Below, in pieces: positions 29,264 to 39,967 of a stretch of 42,262 nt of DNA (its first letter is position 1; each line of letters starts with the position of its first letter). Under the pieces are notes generated by a model that was not told the origin of the DNA, made no database searches, and saw only the letters and a list, made by a program, of their open reading frames with translations. The DNA is from Sedimentisphaerales bacterium (GTDB taxonomy: Bacteria > Planctomycetota > Phycisphaerae > Sedimentisphaerales > SM23-30): NCBI GenBank assembly GCA_963663805.2, contig CAXXMR010000026.1, positions 1 to 42,262 on the forward strand, read 5' to 3'. The translations under genes were made by a program, and so were the position numbers.

Positions 29264-30331
29264 TCATAATTGGCAATGGTGAATTGTCTCGTACAGAGTT
29301 AAGATATTTTCCATGGGAACATCCTGCTGGAGAGCATGGCATGGGGAAATTATGTATTTTCCGCCCCGACCCAGAACAGCAATGCGTTCGCGGACTTCAT
29401 TTTCCACATCCTCAGGGGTACCTTCGGGCATAGTCCATTGAATATCTACCGCGCCATGCAGGCAGATTCTAGATCCAAACCGCTGCTTGATGGCCGCTGG
29501 ATCCATATCCCGAGCGCGAACCTGTATGGGGTCAAGAATGTCGATGCCAATTTCAATCAGACCGTCGATGAAGTCCACAATACAACCACAACTGTGAAAC
29601 ATGACCTTCACCCCGTGCGAATGGGCCATATCAACAATCCTTTTAATATTCGGCTTGATAAATTCCTCAAATTGATTAAGTCTTATCAGGGGTCTGTCCT
29701 GCATGCCAATGTCATCGGAGATTTTCAGGACGGTTATTGTGCCGGGACAAGCTGAAAACATCTTATCGTAATATTTTACGTAAAAATCCGTATATTTGTC
29801 CATCAGACAGGCCGCCAGCGACGGATTGATGTACATGTCACAGAGGAAATTATCCAGACCGCGAACCATAGTCGGATGCTGAAATACGCTTGCCGACAGT
29901 GCCATTAAAGCCAATCCTTCATAATTCCGTATTTGTTCGGGCATAGCGGCAAAATCGAACCAATCCACTTCAGGCCAATTGAATTGCTCGATCTCATCTT
30001 CTGTCTGTGCGCCGGCGAAAATATGGTCACATTGAAATTCTTCGATGCCCAAGGCGGTTTGAACTTTTTTCGTCCGCCAGCCAAAATGGTTTTCAGTGAC
30101 ATTTTCCGCGATAATTCTCTCTTTGGGGAATGGCCCTTTCCATATCGGGTCGATAAAACCTCGGATATTGAACATGTCAATATTAAGTCGGTCAAGTACC
30201 TCTCTGAAATTGCTCGCCTGAAGATAGCTGGTCAGTTTCCGGGTTACGGTATGCGTTGCATAGTAACTGCAGGGCACACGATCAAGTGACTCACCGTTGA
30301 TCGCCGCCAATATTCTCTCTTGTGAATTCAT
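29264..30331 (-). CDS. Uroporphyrinogen decarboxylase (URO-D/MtaA-like) family protein
   Basis: MNSQERILAAI..E..DRVP, MVRG, SDDIGMQ, FHSCG, DPIQ, LHGAVDIQ, SPCHALQ. Confidence 0.88.
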   Translation of the reverse strand: MNSQERILAAINGESLDRVPCSYYATHTVTRKLTSYLQASNFREVLDRLNIDMFNIRGFIDPIWKGPFPKERIIAENVTENHFGWRTKKVQTALGIEEFQCDHIFAGAQTEDEIEQFNWPEVDWFDFAAMPEQIRNYEGLALMALSASVFQHPTMVRGLDNFLCDMYINPSLAACLMDKYTDFYVKYYDKMFSACPGTITVLKISDDIGMQDRPLIRLNQFEEFIKPNIKRIVDMAHSHGVKVMFHSCGCIVDFIDGLIEIGIDILDPIQVRARDMDPAAIKQRFGSRICLHGAVDIQWTMPEGTPEDVENEVRERIAVLGRGGKYIISPCHALQQDVPMENILTLYETIHHCQL

Positions 30332-30338
30332 TCAATCC

Positions 30339-31865
30339 TCAATTGTTTTTCCGGGCAGCCAAGACCTTTTTGTATGCCTCTATCGCGATATCGGGGTAAT
30401 CCGTTCCAAAGAAACAGAAACCAGCTTGAACAAGTTTATCGTAAACCGCCCTATCAGATATTTTCCAGGGTATTAACCGGAGAGCGATCTGCCTTTTTTC
30501 AAGTTCCGCCCTGCGTTCCAGAAGAAACGCAAGAGAAGGTCTGAAACCATCCAGACTTTTTTTGTCATTGAAAACAATTATCTGCAGAATAGAAATACCC
30601 GCGAAATCATCCCGGCGAAGCTGTTCAAAGATCTTTGTCAGGGCCTGCTCCGAACCACCCATCCACTGCATTGCAACGCTGCCGGCAGTGAGCTTCTGCC
30701 ATTGGCAAATCAAATGGTTTTCCTTAGAGACGAACACCGCCTGCCCCCGGACATCATATTTGTCAATCAGTTCGCAAAGCTGCCGAAAATCAATGTTCTT
30801 GTAATCAAGTTCGAGCATCCTTTCCGGTCGACCTCTCATATCGGCAAACACTTCCTCAAGGGTCGGTACTTTCTGGCCGGGCTGGTTGCGAAATTCGCCC
30901 ACATCCAGGCATTTAACCTGATCCAGAGTCATTTCCTCAAATAACATCCCTTTCAATGGTTTCGGGGCATTGGGGGCCAGTCTTTCCGGAGTATCATCGT
31001 GCATACAAATAATCACACCGTCTTTAGTGGTCCTAATGTCGGCTTCCGGGATTATCCCCCTCTTCCAGGTTTGCCGGTAGGTCTCCAGCGTATTTTCCGG
31101 TAATAATAATCCGCCTCCTCGATGAGCCTGAATAGGCATAATACCTTTAGCAAGAAAATCCCTGTGCAGATCAACTTTGAGGCAGGCGACACCATCTTGT
31201 CGCCGTATTCGATTCTTTGTCAGCTCGACAATCACGCTATATCCAACCGCCTCGTTATAGACTCTCAGTTCATCGATATAGAACAACGACTGATTCACAC
31301 CGCCCACAGCCAGTACCGATTCTCCGGCGAACAATTTACCGGGAACATCTGCAACACCCTCCATAACACCATCAACATATATGGCCATTATCCTGCCGTC
31401 ATATATCCCCATAACATAATGCCAGGCGCCATCACCAAGGTTAGAATAGCCCCTGACCCTGCTGAGGGCTCCAATTTGGGGATGTTTGGAGTCTGATAAT
31501 TTAACTTCAAAGCAGGAGCTTTTCCCCTGTTCATCCATCGTTAACTGACATGGCCCGACAGATACTATCGTTCCCGCTCCGTCGAACGAATTTTTCGCCT
31601 TGAACCAGCAACCGATAGATACTGCGTCGGTCATTATCAACTTCAAAGGAATATCCTGCGAGAAAACTACCGGGCATGACGAACCAACAGCAAGTGCCTC
31701 GTTTGTCATGCCCTTGACAAAACAGGATTCATCGACTGGTTGAACACTGACATTTTTCGGCAGACGGCAAACATCATCTGTATCCATTGGAAAATGAATA
31801 ATCAATGCGGCATGACAATGCGAAAGCATGAGGAATATAACGGCCACATACACATAGTTCTTCAT
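30339..31865 (-). CDS. Secreted LamG + glycerophosphodiester phosphodiesterase
   Basis: Signal peptide; WHY....YDG....YVDG, IDELRVYN; AHRGG...PENTL, EADIRTTKDG....HD, PTLEE, TDYP. Confidence 0.9.
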   Translation of the reverse strand: MKNYVYVAVIFLMLSHCHAALIIHFPMDTDDVCRLPKNVSVQPVDESCFVKGMTNEALAVGSSCPVVFSQDIPLKLIMTDAVSIGCWFKAKNSFDGAGTIVSVGPCQLTMDEQGKSSCFEVKLSDSKHPQIGALSRVRGYSNLGDGAWHYVMGIYDGRIMAIYVDGVMEGVADVPGKLFAGESVLAVGGVNQSLFYIDELRVYNEAVGYSVIVELTKNRIRRQDGVACLKVDLHRDFLAKGIMPIQAHRGGGLLLPENTLETYRQTWKRGIIPEADIRTTKDGVIICMHDDTPERLAPNAPKPLKGMLFEEMTLDQVKCLDVGEFRNQPGQKVPTLEEVFADMRGRPERMLELDYKNIDFRQLCELIDKYDVRGQAVFVSKENHLICQWQKLTAGSVAMQWMGGSEQALTKIFEQLRRDDFAGISILQIIVFNDKKSLDGFRPSLAFLLERRAELEKRQIALRLIPWKISDRAVYDKLVQAGFCFFGTDYPDIAIEAYKKVLAARKNN

Positions 31866-33240
31866 TTGACAATCTTATCAGCGGTGGTTTCATCTGCTTG
31901 CCCGGAACGCTTATGGTTGAAATTCCAGATGGCCGGCACGGCAAATAAAGCCGCGGAGATCATGCCGGCGATAATCACCCAGAGGAAGCTGCTGTGCCAA
32001 CCCAGTTTCATCACCATGACTCCCAATCCCCAGCCGGAAATCATTCCGCTCATATAACTGAAAAACCCTACGAAGCCCACCGCGGAGGAGGCGGCGTTTT
32101 TAGTAGCCATATTGGCCACAATAGGTCCCAGCAGACATTGCGGGCCATAGACCGAAAATCCCATTCCGCAAAGCAAAACGGTATAAACCCAGATGGATTT
32201 CGTCGGCAGCAGCCAGAACAAAAACGCGAAGAGAGAACAAACGACCATAAAAATCGTCGCCACCAGTGAACCGTTACTCTTGAACGTTTTGTCCATGAGC
32301 CATCCCCCCGCTGAGCATCCCCAGCAAGCCGCACACTTCAATTCCCGCGACAATTAGTCCGGCTGAACAGAGCGAAACACCCTTCATTTCCTTGAGAACC
32401 GTAGGCCCCCAGTCGAGCATGGAAAATCTGACAATGTAGAGAAAGAAGCTGGCCAGCGCGATAAACCAGACCCCCGGATTGCCGAAAACCTTTTCACGCA
32501 GAAGTTTTTTTGAATTCCTCGCGTGAGATTTTGCCCTTTCTCATCCCTGCCGTGGTCCATTTCCGGCTCATGTCCGTAGATTTCTTCGACTGAAGGCATC
32601 CCTAAAGAATCGGGCGTATCACGCAGGCGGTTGAACAAAAAGAGCGAGCCGAGAATCGAAATGGTCGCGGGGACGAAAAATGATAAGCGCCAGGTATAAA
32701 AAACTCAGACCCACGAGCACACTGTTTATGAGCATTATCGAAGATGAGCCGATACAGATGCGAAGTGTTCCAAATCGAAAACCTGAACCCGCGTTCCGTG
32801 GAAGGATACCAGGTACTGAGGGTCTTAATACAGGGAGGACAGCCCATGCCCTGGAACCAGCCGTTGAGCAGCCAGAAAATGCCGAAAGCCAGCACCGTAC
32901 TGCTCAGGCCGAAAAAGACGCTCATTGAAGCAGACAGCAGCAGACCAATCGACATGAAGATTCGCGGGTTGGCCCTGTCCGCCCACATGCCGTTAACAAA
33001 TTTTGACAGACCGTAAAGCAGAGTGTTGAGAGTCAGGAACAAACCCAGGTCGGCTTTGGTAATGCCCAGTTCCGATTCCATTCCGGGCATAGCCATGGAG
33101 AGGTTCTTGCGAACCAGGTAAAACATGGAATAGCCGGCCATACTGGCATATAGCATCCTGAAACGCCAATAATGGTATTTCTGTCGTATCTCGGGTGAAA
33201 CCAGGTTTTTTGCACTATCAGAGCTTTTCATAACCACCAT
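31862..33240 (-). pseudogene. GlpT/UhpC-type organophosphate MFS transporter, multiply frameshifted (possibly artefactual)
   Basis: GYSMFYLVRKNLS, YGLSKF, NGWFQGMG.PPC, ERG...WNTSH, RDTP.SLG, YGPQ; spread over several frames. Confidence 0.88.
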
Positions 33241-33276
33241 CTTTCAGTCCGGAATCAAGCTGAACAAGGTTTATCT

Positions 33277-34221
33277 TCAGAGCAATTCCAATATTTTATG
33301 AGCAGTAATTTCATCTGACACCAATGTCTTTATAATACCGCCCTTCACTGCCGCCAGCACCGCGGGGGGCGCGTTCAACACCACTGGTCACGGCCACAAC
33401 CTGAGGAGTTTTTTTCAACTGGTCTATCGACATACCGATAACACGATCTTTGTATTGCGTATCGCATTCATTGCCGTTTTCATCAAAAAACCGACCGCAT
33501 ATTTCCCCGACGACGCCTTTTCTGTGCAAGCGATCGATATCTTCATTTCTCAGAAATTCACGATCAATGAACAGCGAATCCGAGAGAATCCCCACCCCAA
33601 TGATGGCAATATCAGCCTGGTCCATTTTCGATAACAGATCCTGTACCCGTTTATGACGAATAAACACATTTTTCTCTTCGACAGTCTCGGCAATAGCGGG
33701 TGTCTGCAACTGATATATCTGCCCCCCGCACAATTTCGCCAGGCCTGCGGGCAATCTCCACGGCATCGTATTCATTTACATTCGCGCCAATACCTCCCAT
33801 GGTTTGAATCACCGACACTCCAGGCGCGTTCAAGGGTCGCATTTCCTTAACCATCTGCGCAATCTGCCGACCCGCCGAGACACAGACAATGCTGTTAGGC
33901 ATAATCATTTTTGAAATCACGGGCGCGGCAAAGTAACTCACCGTTCTCTTGTTCTTGCCCTTCAACGGTTGTGGCATTATTGACGATAACCGCGTCGTGC
34001 AGCCCGAGCTTCTTAATCAATTCCTGTTCAGCGTCCTTGTCACGCGGCTCAAAAGGCCCGACAGTGATCTTGACAATGCCTTTTTCGCGGGCCTCGGCCA
34101 GCAACCGGGACACTTTTGCCTGAGAGACTCCGGCCAACTCGGCGACACTTTTCTGACTCTGATTGTTGACATAGTACAAGGTGGCAACCATAGCAAGCAG
34201 CCTGTAATCGTTTTCGCTCAT
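33277..34221 (-). pseudogene. SorC/DeoR-type sugar-binding transcriptional regulator, frameshifted (possibly artefactual)
   Basis: A.LYY....Q..VA...GVSQ.KVSRLL..AR.KGIV.I; ADIAIIGVG; GVVGEICGRFFD.NG; reconstructed end TLVSDE.TA..IL. Confidence 0.88.
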
Positions 34222-34314
34222 TGGGACGCTCCATTCTGGTAAATATTGACTAATAATTATTCACCATTATGTCATAAAGGGGCGTCCCGGTCAAGAATAT
34301 TTATTTACACATAA

Positions 34315-35211
34315 TTAAAAAATGGTCGTTTCAGGGATGATTTCGCGGTGATTGCCAGGCGGGACCAAAGGCGATCTCCCAGAGTGGGCAAGCGCCCTGG
34401 CGAAGGTGTATATGTTATCAAAAACCAATATCTGGGCGTCATCTTCCAAATCGGAAAGCTTGCTCTCCCCGGACAGAACCAGCACCCCAAGGGCACAGGC
34501 GCGAATTGCCATCGCCATATCGGTGTATAACCGGTCGCCCACTACCGCTAATTCACCGGGCTGGAGGCCCTGCCTTTTTAGAACGCCTGTGACCATAGAA
34601 GGGTCGGGCTTGCCTAAAACGATATCCGGGCTGCGCGAGGTGGCCTCCCTGATGCAGGCACAAACCGAGCCGCAATCCACCAGGACCAGTTCTTCATCGG
34701 TGGGACAGACTTTATCCGGATGAGTGGCTATATATGGTTTGCCCTGGTTGACCCAATACGCGGCTTTGCATAGGCGCTGATAAGTCAATTCCGTATCGAA
34801 ACCAACCACCACGGCATCGGGCTCGGAGTCGTCATATTCGGTTACTATTTCGAATCCGGCATTCTGGAATTCGATTCTCAAACTCAGGGTGCCCAGAACA
34901 AATAACCTGGAACCCTTGCCGAACTCCCGCTCAATATATTCGATTGCGGCCAGGGATGAGGTGTATATCTGGTCTGCGTCAGCTTCCAGCCCCAGAGCTT
35001 TGAGCCCGACAAGATAATCGGCAACGCTTCGGGAGGAATTGTTTGTCAGAAAAGTATAGCATATCCCCATCCGACGAAACATAGCTAAAGCATCAGCGGT
35101 GTAGCTGAAAAGCGATTTGCCTCTATATATGGTGCCGTCCATATCAAGCGCCAAATGCCTGATGCGATTCAATTTGCTCGATTGTTCACTGGTCAGTTCT
35201 GTAAAATTCAT
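34315..35211 (-). CDS. HAD-IIA family phosphatase (NagD/AraL-like)
   Basis: LDMDGTIY, LTNNSSRS, VVGFD, GKP, VGDRLYTDM, VLSG. Confidence 0.93.
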   Translation of the reverse strand: MNFTELTSEQSSKLNRIRHLALDMDGTIYRGKSLFSYTADALAMFRRMGICYTFLTNNSSRSVADYLVGLKALGLEADADQIYTSSLAAIEYIEREFGKGSRLFVLGTLSLRIEFQNAGFEIVTEYDDSEPDAVVVGFDTELTYQRLCKAAYWVNQGKPYIATHPDKVCPTDEELVLVDCGSVCACIREATSRSPDIVLGKPDPSMVTGVLKRQGLQPGELAVVGDRLYTDMAMAIRACALGVLVLSGESKLSDLEDDAQILVFDNIYTFARALAHSGRSPLVPPGNHREIIPETTIF

Positions 35212-37082
35212 GATAGAGTCGATTCCCGGCCGGCCAGTTCGCGAGGTTTCACTTTTCGATTGTCAGGATATCTGGCTGAATTCTGTTCCTGCCAGAAACC
35301 CCCGGGAACAAACAGGGCACCAACACAACGCTCCCACAGGCCCGCCCCCAGAATGAAGTCAAAGGCAGTATAACGTCTTCTTATCAATTGCGCCTGGGAA
35401 TAGCTCAGCCGAAGTCTTTCCCGGTCGATACCGATCTGCTCGGGCATAAACTCGGACCCGGCTTCCTTAATCATCAACTGCATTCTATGGGGCCCCAGTA
35501 AATGGGCAAACAGTCTCTCCTTGATGTCCGGCCATTTTTCTTTGGCCTGAATATTTCTCTCCAACAATTGCTCAACTGTACAATATTTTTCCCGACTCTC
35601 AATCAACACCTGCTCGGCAAGTTCTTTTTCCGTGAAAGTCCTGAGAATGGTGTTTTCAACATCATCCCATCGCGGCCAATACCTTGATATCTTATCGCGA
35701 TCGACACAGATATCGTGTTTTTCAAGGGCAATAAGTTCAGCATACATGGCCTCCGAGGCAATGGCCCCGATGCCCACCTTGGAGCCATGCGAGGGCGCCA
35801 GCCCGGCGAATTTATGATGCTGATCATCCCAAAGATGGCTGAACTGATGGTCCGCACCGGAGGCAGGTCTTGAAGAGCGGGTCTTCTGCATGGCCAGCCC
35901 GGCCAGGATCAGCCCTTCCATCAAGGCGGCCAATGATTTACGATTGCCGCTGCGAATCCCGGAGGGATCGGCGGCCAGTTCGCGGAGAGGCGACTGGATG
36001 AGTTTCCAGGCGACCGGGTCAATTGGCTCGATGCCGAGTGCTTCGGCCAATATCCAATCGGCTCCGGCGGGAATCTTCGCGATTAAATCGGCATACCCGG
36101 ACGAATTCATTTTGCCGGGAGCATGGGCTATTACATCCAGGTCAACCACCACCGCAACCGGGGCGGGGCAGAAAACTGTCTGCTTGAAATCGTCGACAGT
36201 AATCGAAGAACCAAAGGCGGTATAGCCATCGACAGAACCTGCCGTGACCACAACCATATACTGCCTGTCGCACCTGAAGGCCGCCAGCTTTACCAGATCA
36301 TTGAGAGTACCAGAGCCGACAACCACAGGTATGGCCTGGTTGGAAGCCAGAAAATCCTGCAAAATCCTCACATATTTATCTTCGGCATAGAGACCTTCAT
36401 CATCAATCACAAACGGAGGCAAAAGCCGATCCTGCCCCTGGGATTGCAAACGTTCATACAGGGCCTTACCGGCAGCCTGGCAGGTATTCGTATCGGCAAT
36501 GATAACCAAAGGCTTATCGCCAAAACACTCCTGAAAACAACTTCCCACTCGCTCTAACGCACCCGAAGAGATAATCACTTTCCTGGTGGTTTCGGCCTCC
36601 CTCAAGGCGGTATCGATTCTGCGTTTTGCTTCTAATTCATAATTGTTCATTTTACTATCCAAACTGGATGCCTCCACAGAAAGTCCATGCGAATCATTAA
36701 GCAAAGGCACACTGCCGCTGGATTCAACATCAACTCCTAAACCAAGTATATTTCTGACAACAATATCATGCACTTTAACAGGCGCCTGCAGCTCAAGCTC
36801 GCGCAGAATTTCTACTACCTCCATAACCCGGTCTCGCGGAACAGGACCGCCAGTCCAGACCGGCACCAGTCGATGTTCGCCGCCTTTGACGCGAACCGTT
36901 GTGGTGACAATCCTCCGGGGGTCGCGCAATTCCGCGGCAGCATATTCCCGGCCCAGCTTGCAGGTGCTGCCGGCAATCCGGACCACGCCCCGCGAATCCT
37001 GCACAACTTCCAGTTCACAGCCCATAGGGCAGCGAATACATATTATGTTTTGATTCTGCTGTTTTACATCGATCAACGTCAT
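35208..37082 (-). CDS. DUF1667-like CxxCPxGC domain fused to sn-glycerol-1-phosphate dehydrogenase (AraM/EgsA family)
   Basis: N-terminal CIRCPMGC..C.LG..YA..E..DPRR..TTTV; then GSGTLNDLVK, TAGSVDGYTA, SRPASGADHQFSH, HG.KVG. Confidence 0.87.
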   Translation of the reverse strand: MTLIDVKQQNQNIICIRCPMGCELEVVQDSRGVVRIAGSTCKLGREYAAAELRDPRRIVTTTVRVKGGEHRLVPVWTGGPVPRDRVMEVVEILRELELQAPVKVHDIVVRNILGLGVDVESSGSVPLLNDSHGLSVEASSLDSKMNNYELEAKRRIDTALREAETTRKVIISSGALERVGSCFQECFGDKPLVIIADTNTCQAAGKALYERLQSQGQDRLLPPFVIDDEGLYAEDKYVRILQDFLASNQAIPVVVGSGTLNDLVKLAAFRCDRQYMVVVTAGSVDGYTAFGSSITVDDFKQTVFCPAPVAVVVDLDVIAHAPGKMNSSGYADLIAKIPAGADWILAEALGIEPIDPVAWKLIQSPLRELAADPSGIRSGNRKSLAALMEGLILAGLAMQKTRSSRPASGADHQFSHLWDDQHHKFAGLAPSHGSKVGIGAIASEAMYAELIALEKHDICVDRDKISRYWPRWDDVENTILRTFTEKELAEQVLIESREKYCTVEQLLERNIQAKEKWPDIKERLFAHLLGPHRMQLMIKEAGSEFMPEQIGIDRERLRLSYSQAQLIRRRYTAFDFILGAGLWERCVGALFVPGGFWQEQNSARYPDNRKVKPRELAGRESTLS

Positions 37083-37091
37083 TTCAATATC

Positions 37092-38433
37092 TCACCACTC
37101 CAAAAATAGCGTTAATTTTCGACAATATTCACGCTTATTCCCGATACTCGGGAATCCGGCCCCGGCTGGAAGCAGGTCTTTCCTTGCAACATCAACCATC
37201 AGCATTTCCGCGGGGGCGGGCATAGCGTTTATTAAATGACTTCACAAGGCTGCCCTTATCGTTGCGCAGCTCGACCCTGACCTTGCAGTCGAATAATCTG
37301 CCCCGCACGGAATTTCAAGGAAACGGCTTCTTCGGGGCAATCCGCCGCGATTTTCTGAGGCACCAAGGCACGCACATTTTCGCCCGGTCTTATCCAGATT
37401 ACAGCATTCCTTTGCCGAATCGGACTGCTTGTCAGCGCCAAGATAAGCAGCGGCACTTTCACCGGCGACAAAACCGGCGTTGCTGACATAATCCACCAGG
37501 TCATAAATAGTCACCACATTGCCCGCGGCAAAGATAACCAGGAACATTTGTCGCCATCTTCTCATTTACGATCGGCCCTCCCGTTAACGGGTCGATCTCC
37601 ACTCCAGCCTGAATCGACAGCTCATTCTCGGGAATCAAACCCACTGACAAAAGCAATGTATCGCAGGTCACATATTCTTCGGTACCTTCGACAGGCCGAA
37701 GATGCTCATCAACCTGAACGGTTTCCCACCGCCTCAAGACGCTTATCGCCAACGATCCTTTTCACGGTTGTACTCAGTTTCAAGGGGATGGAAAAATCCT
37801 TGAGGCATTGCACATAATTCCGCCTGAGCCCCGTAAGAAAAGGCAGAAGCTCCAGAACCGCTTTTACCTCGGCTCCCTCAAGAGTCAGCCGGCGGGCCAT
37901 TATCATGCCAATGTCCCCGGAACCGAGAATCACATATTCTCTGCCGGGCATATAACCATCGACATTAACGAAAACGCTGGACGGTTCCTGCCGAAAAAAT
38001 CCCCCGCCGGGCGTGACCCGGCAAGTTTGATCTGGGCCCGGGTTCTCTCCCGGCAAACCCCATAGCCAGGACAACGGACCTGGCCCTGCAGCCGACAAAT
38101 AGCCCATGCGGTCATTCGAGGCAAATACCCGCAAATCCGCAGTCAGGACCCACCACCATGGTGTCCGTCAATATCTGAATATCCATACCCGGAAATTTGC
38201 TCGATAAACTTTTCCGCATACATTGAGCCGGGCATATCAGCGCCGAACAGTACCGAACCAAAGCCATTATGAATGCACTGGGGCAGTATTCCCCCCAGAT
38301 CGCTCTGCCGTTCAAGTATGAGGATATCTTTGACCCCATTTCCCTTTGCCCTGATCGCCGCGCCCATACCCGCCGGGCCGCCGCCAATGACAATCAGGTC
38401 GTATATATCCTTTGTTCTTTCACATACAAGCAT
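37092..38433 (-). pseudogene. NAD(P)/FAD-dependent oxidoreductase (partner of the GlpA-like subunit), many frameshifts (possibly artefactual)
   Basis: [63 protein letters not shown]...DLVDYV; 3' end approximate. Confidence 0.87.
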
Positions 38434-38456
38434 AGTGGTTTCCTGTACTGCCGGAA

Positions 38457-39924
38457 TCAGCCTACTTCTTTGGTTAGACGGTAAATGAACTCGGAGCCAA
38501 AGCCTTTTTTGCTCACTTGTATTACCCCAATGCCCAGCTCCCGGGCGAGTATTTCAATGGTTCGGGAATAATCAAATCCTCCCTGACAACGGCCCGTCCC
38601 CAGCCAGGTCCGCCGTTTAAACCGCGTCATAGGTCCGGGCCGGGATCAGTCCCCGGACAGCATCCAGAATTTCACCTTCGGTCACATGTTCACAACGACA
38701 AACCACCCGGCCATAAGCAGGATTCTGGCGAACCAGCTCCTGCCTCTGGGCATGGGTCATGTTTTTCAAACGGGGACGGGCCTGTCGCCTGGGATTAAAC
38801 TCTTTCTTCGCTTCGACCCGAAGCCCGTGCCTGGTCAAAAGTTCGACCACATATTCCGCCAGGGCCGGCGCTGAAGCAAAACCCGGAGATTCGATGCCGG
38901 CAACATTTACCAAACCCACGGCCTCCTCAGAGACCTCTATAAGAAAGTCACGGTGAGGGGTATGATTGCCGGTGGCTCTTAGTCCCGAATATTCGGCAAT
39001 TACCGCACCGGCGTCAAGCGAGGGTATGAGTCTTCGGGCATTGTCAAATACTTCCTGAAGACCTGAGACGGTGATATCCTTGTCCTCTTTGCTGGAGACA
39101 TATACCGAATTCGGCCCGGCCATGACGTTGCCGTGCGCCGTTGTCGTTACCAGGATTCCCTTGCCTTTTTCCGAAGGAGCAGGAAAAATCACCTCTCCAA
39201 GCTGTATCTGCGCCGAATCAAAAACCAGGTACTCGCCTTTTCTGGGCGTTATCTCGAAATCCTTATGAGCCCCGGCCAAGTGCATGACCTTATCAGCATA
39301 AACCCCCGCACAATTTATTACCCAGTCCGCGGAAAAATCACCGGCCTCGGTCAGTACCCCGGTTACCCGAGAACCATCTTGAATAAATCCCAGCAAACTT
39401 GTTGCCAGCCTCAGCTCGACACCATTGGCCACAGCGTTTTCCGATATAGCCAGGGTTGCCTGGAAAGGATCCACTACAGCCGTCGTACCCGCCCACAGTG
39501 CCGAACGAACCTCCCTACTGAGGAGCGGGACTCGACGCGAAAGCTCTGCCGAGTTTATGATTCGCATATTGGCTACACCATTTTGCCGACCTCTCTCATA
39601 AAGTTCGCGAACGGTATCCTGCTGAGCATCATCAAAAGCAACCACATAGCTGCCTGTCTGCCTGAACGAGATATCCAGTTCCTCAGCCCATGAAGGCCAA
39701 AGTCCGCTTCCTCTTACATTCAGACGACTCTTATGAGTTCCCGGTATCGCGTCATAACCGGCGTGTATAATCGCACTGTTGGCGCAGCTCGTCCCCATAC
39801 ATACATCGCTTTCCTTCTCCAGCCAAAGTATCTTCAGCTCAAACCGGGAAAGCAGCCGTGCCACGGCAGCGCCCACCACGCCCGCGCCTATAATTATTAC
39901 GTCATATTTATTCATAGCGGCCAT
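38457..39924 (-). CDS. GlpA-like FAD-dependent glycerol-3-phosphate dehydrogenase with BFD-like [2Fe-2S] domain (two +1 shifts near the 3' end)
   Basis: IIGAGVVG, GTS.ANSAIIHAGYD, PRKGEY, GIESPG..SAP, VCRCE.VTEGEI; continues KRRT..G.GRCQGGF after removing extra bases near 38619 and 38582. Confidence 0.85.
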
Positions 39925-39967
39925 ATTGAAACTGTTGTCTCAACCTCAAAAACCTTTCCAATTGCGA

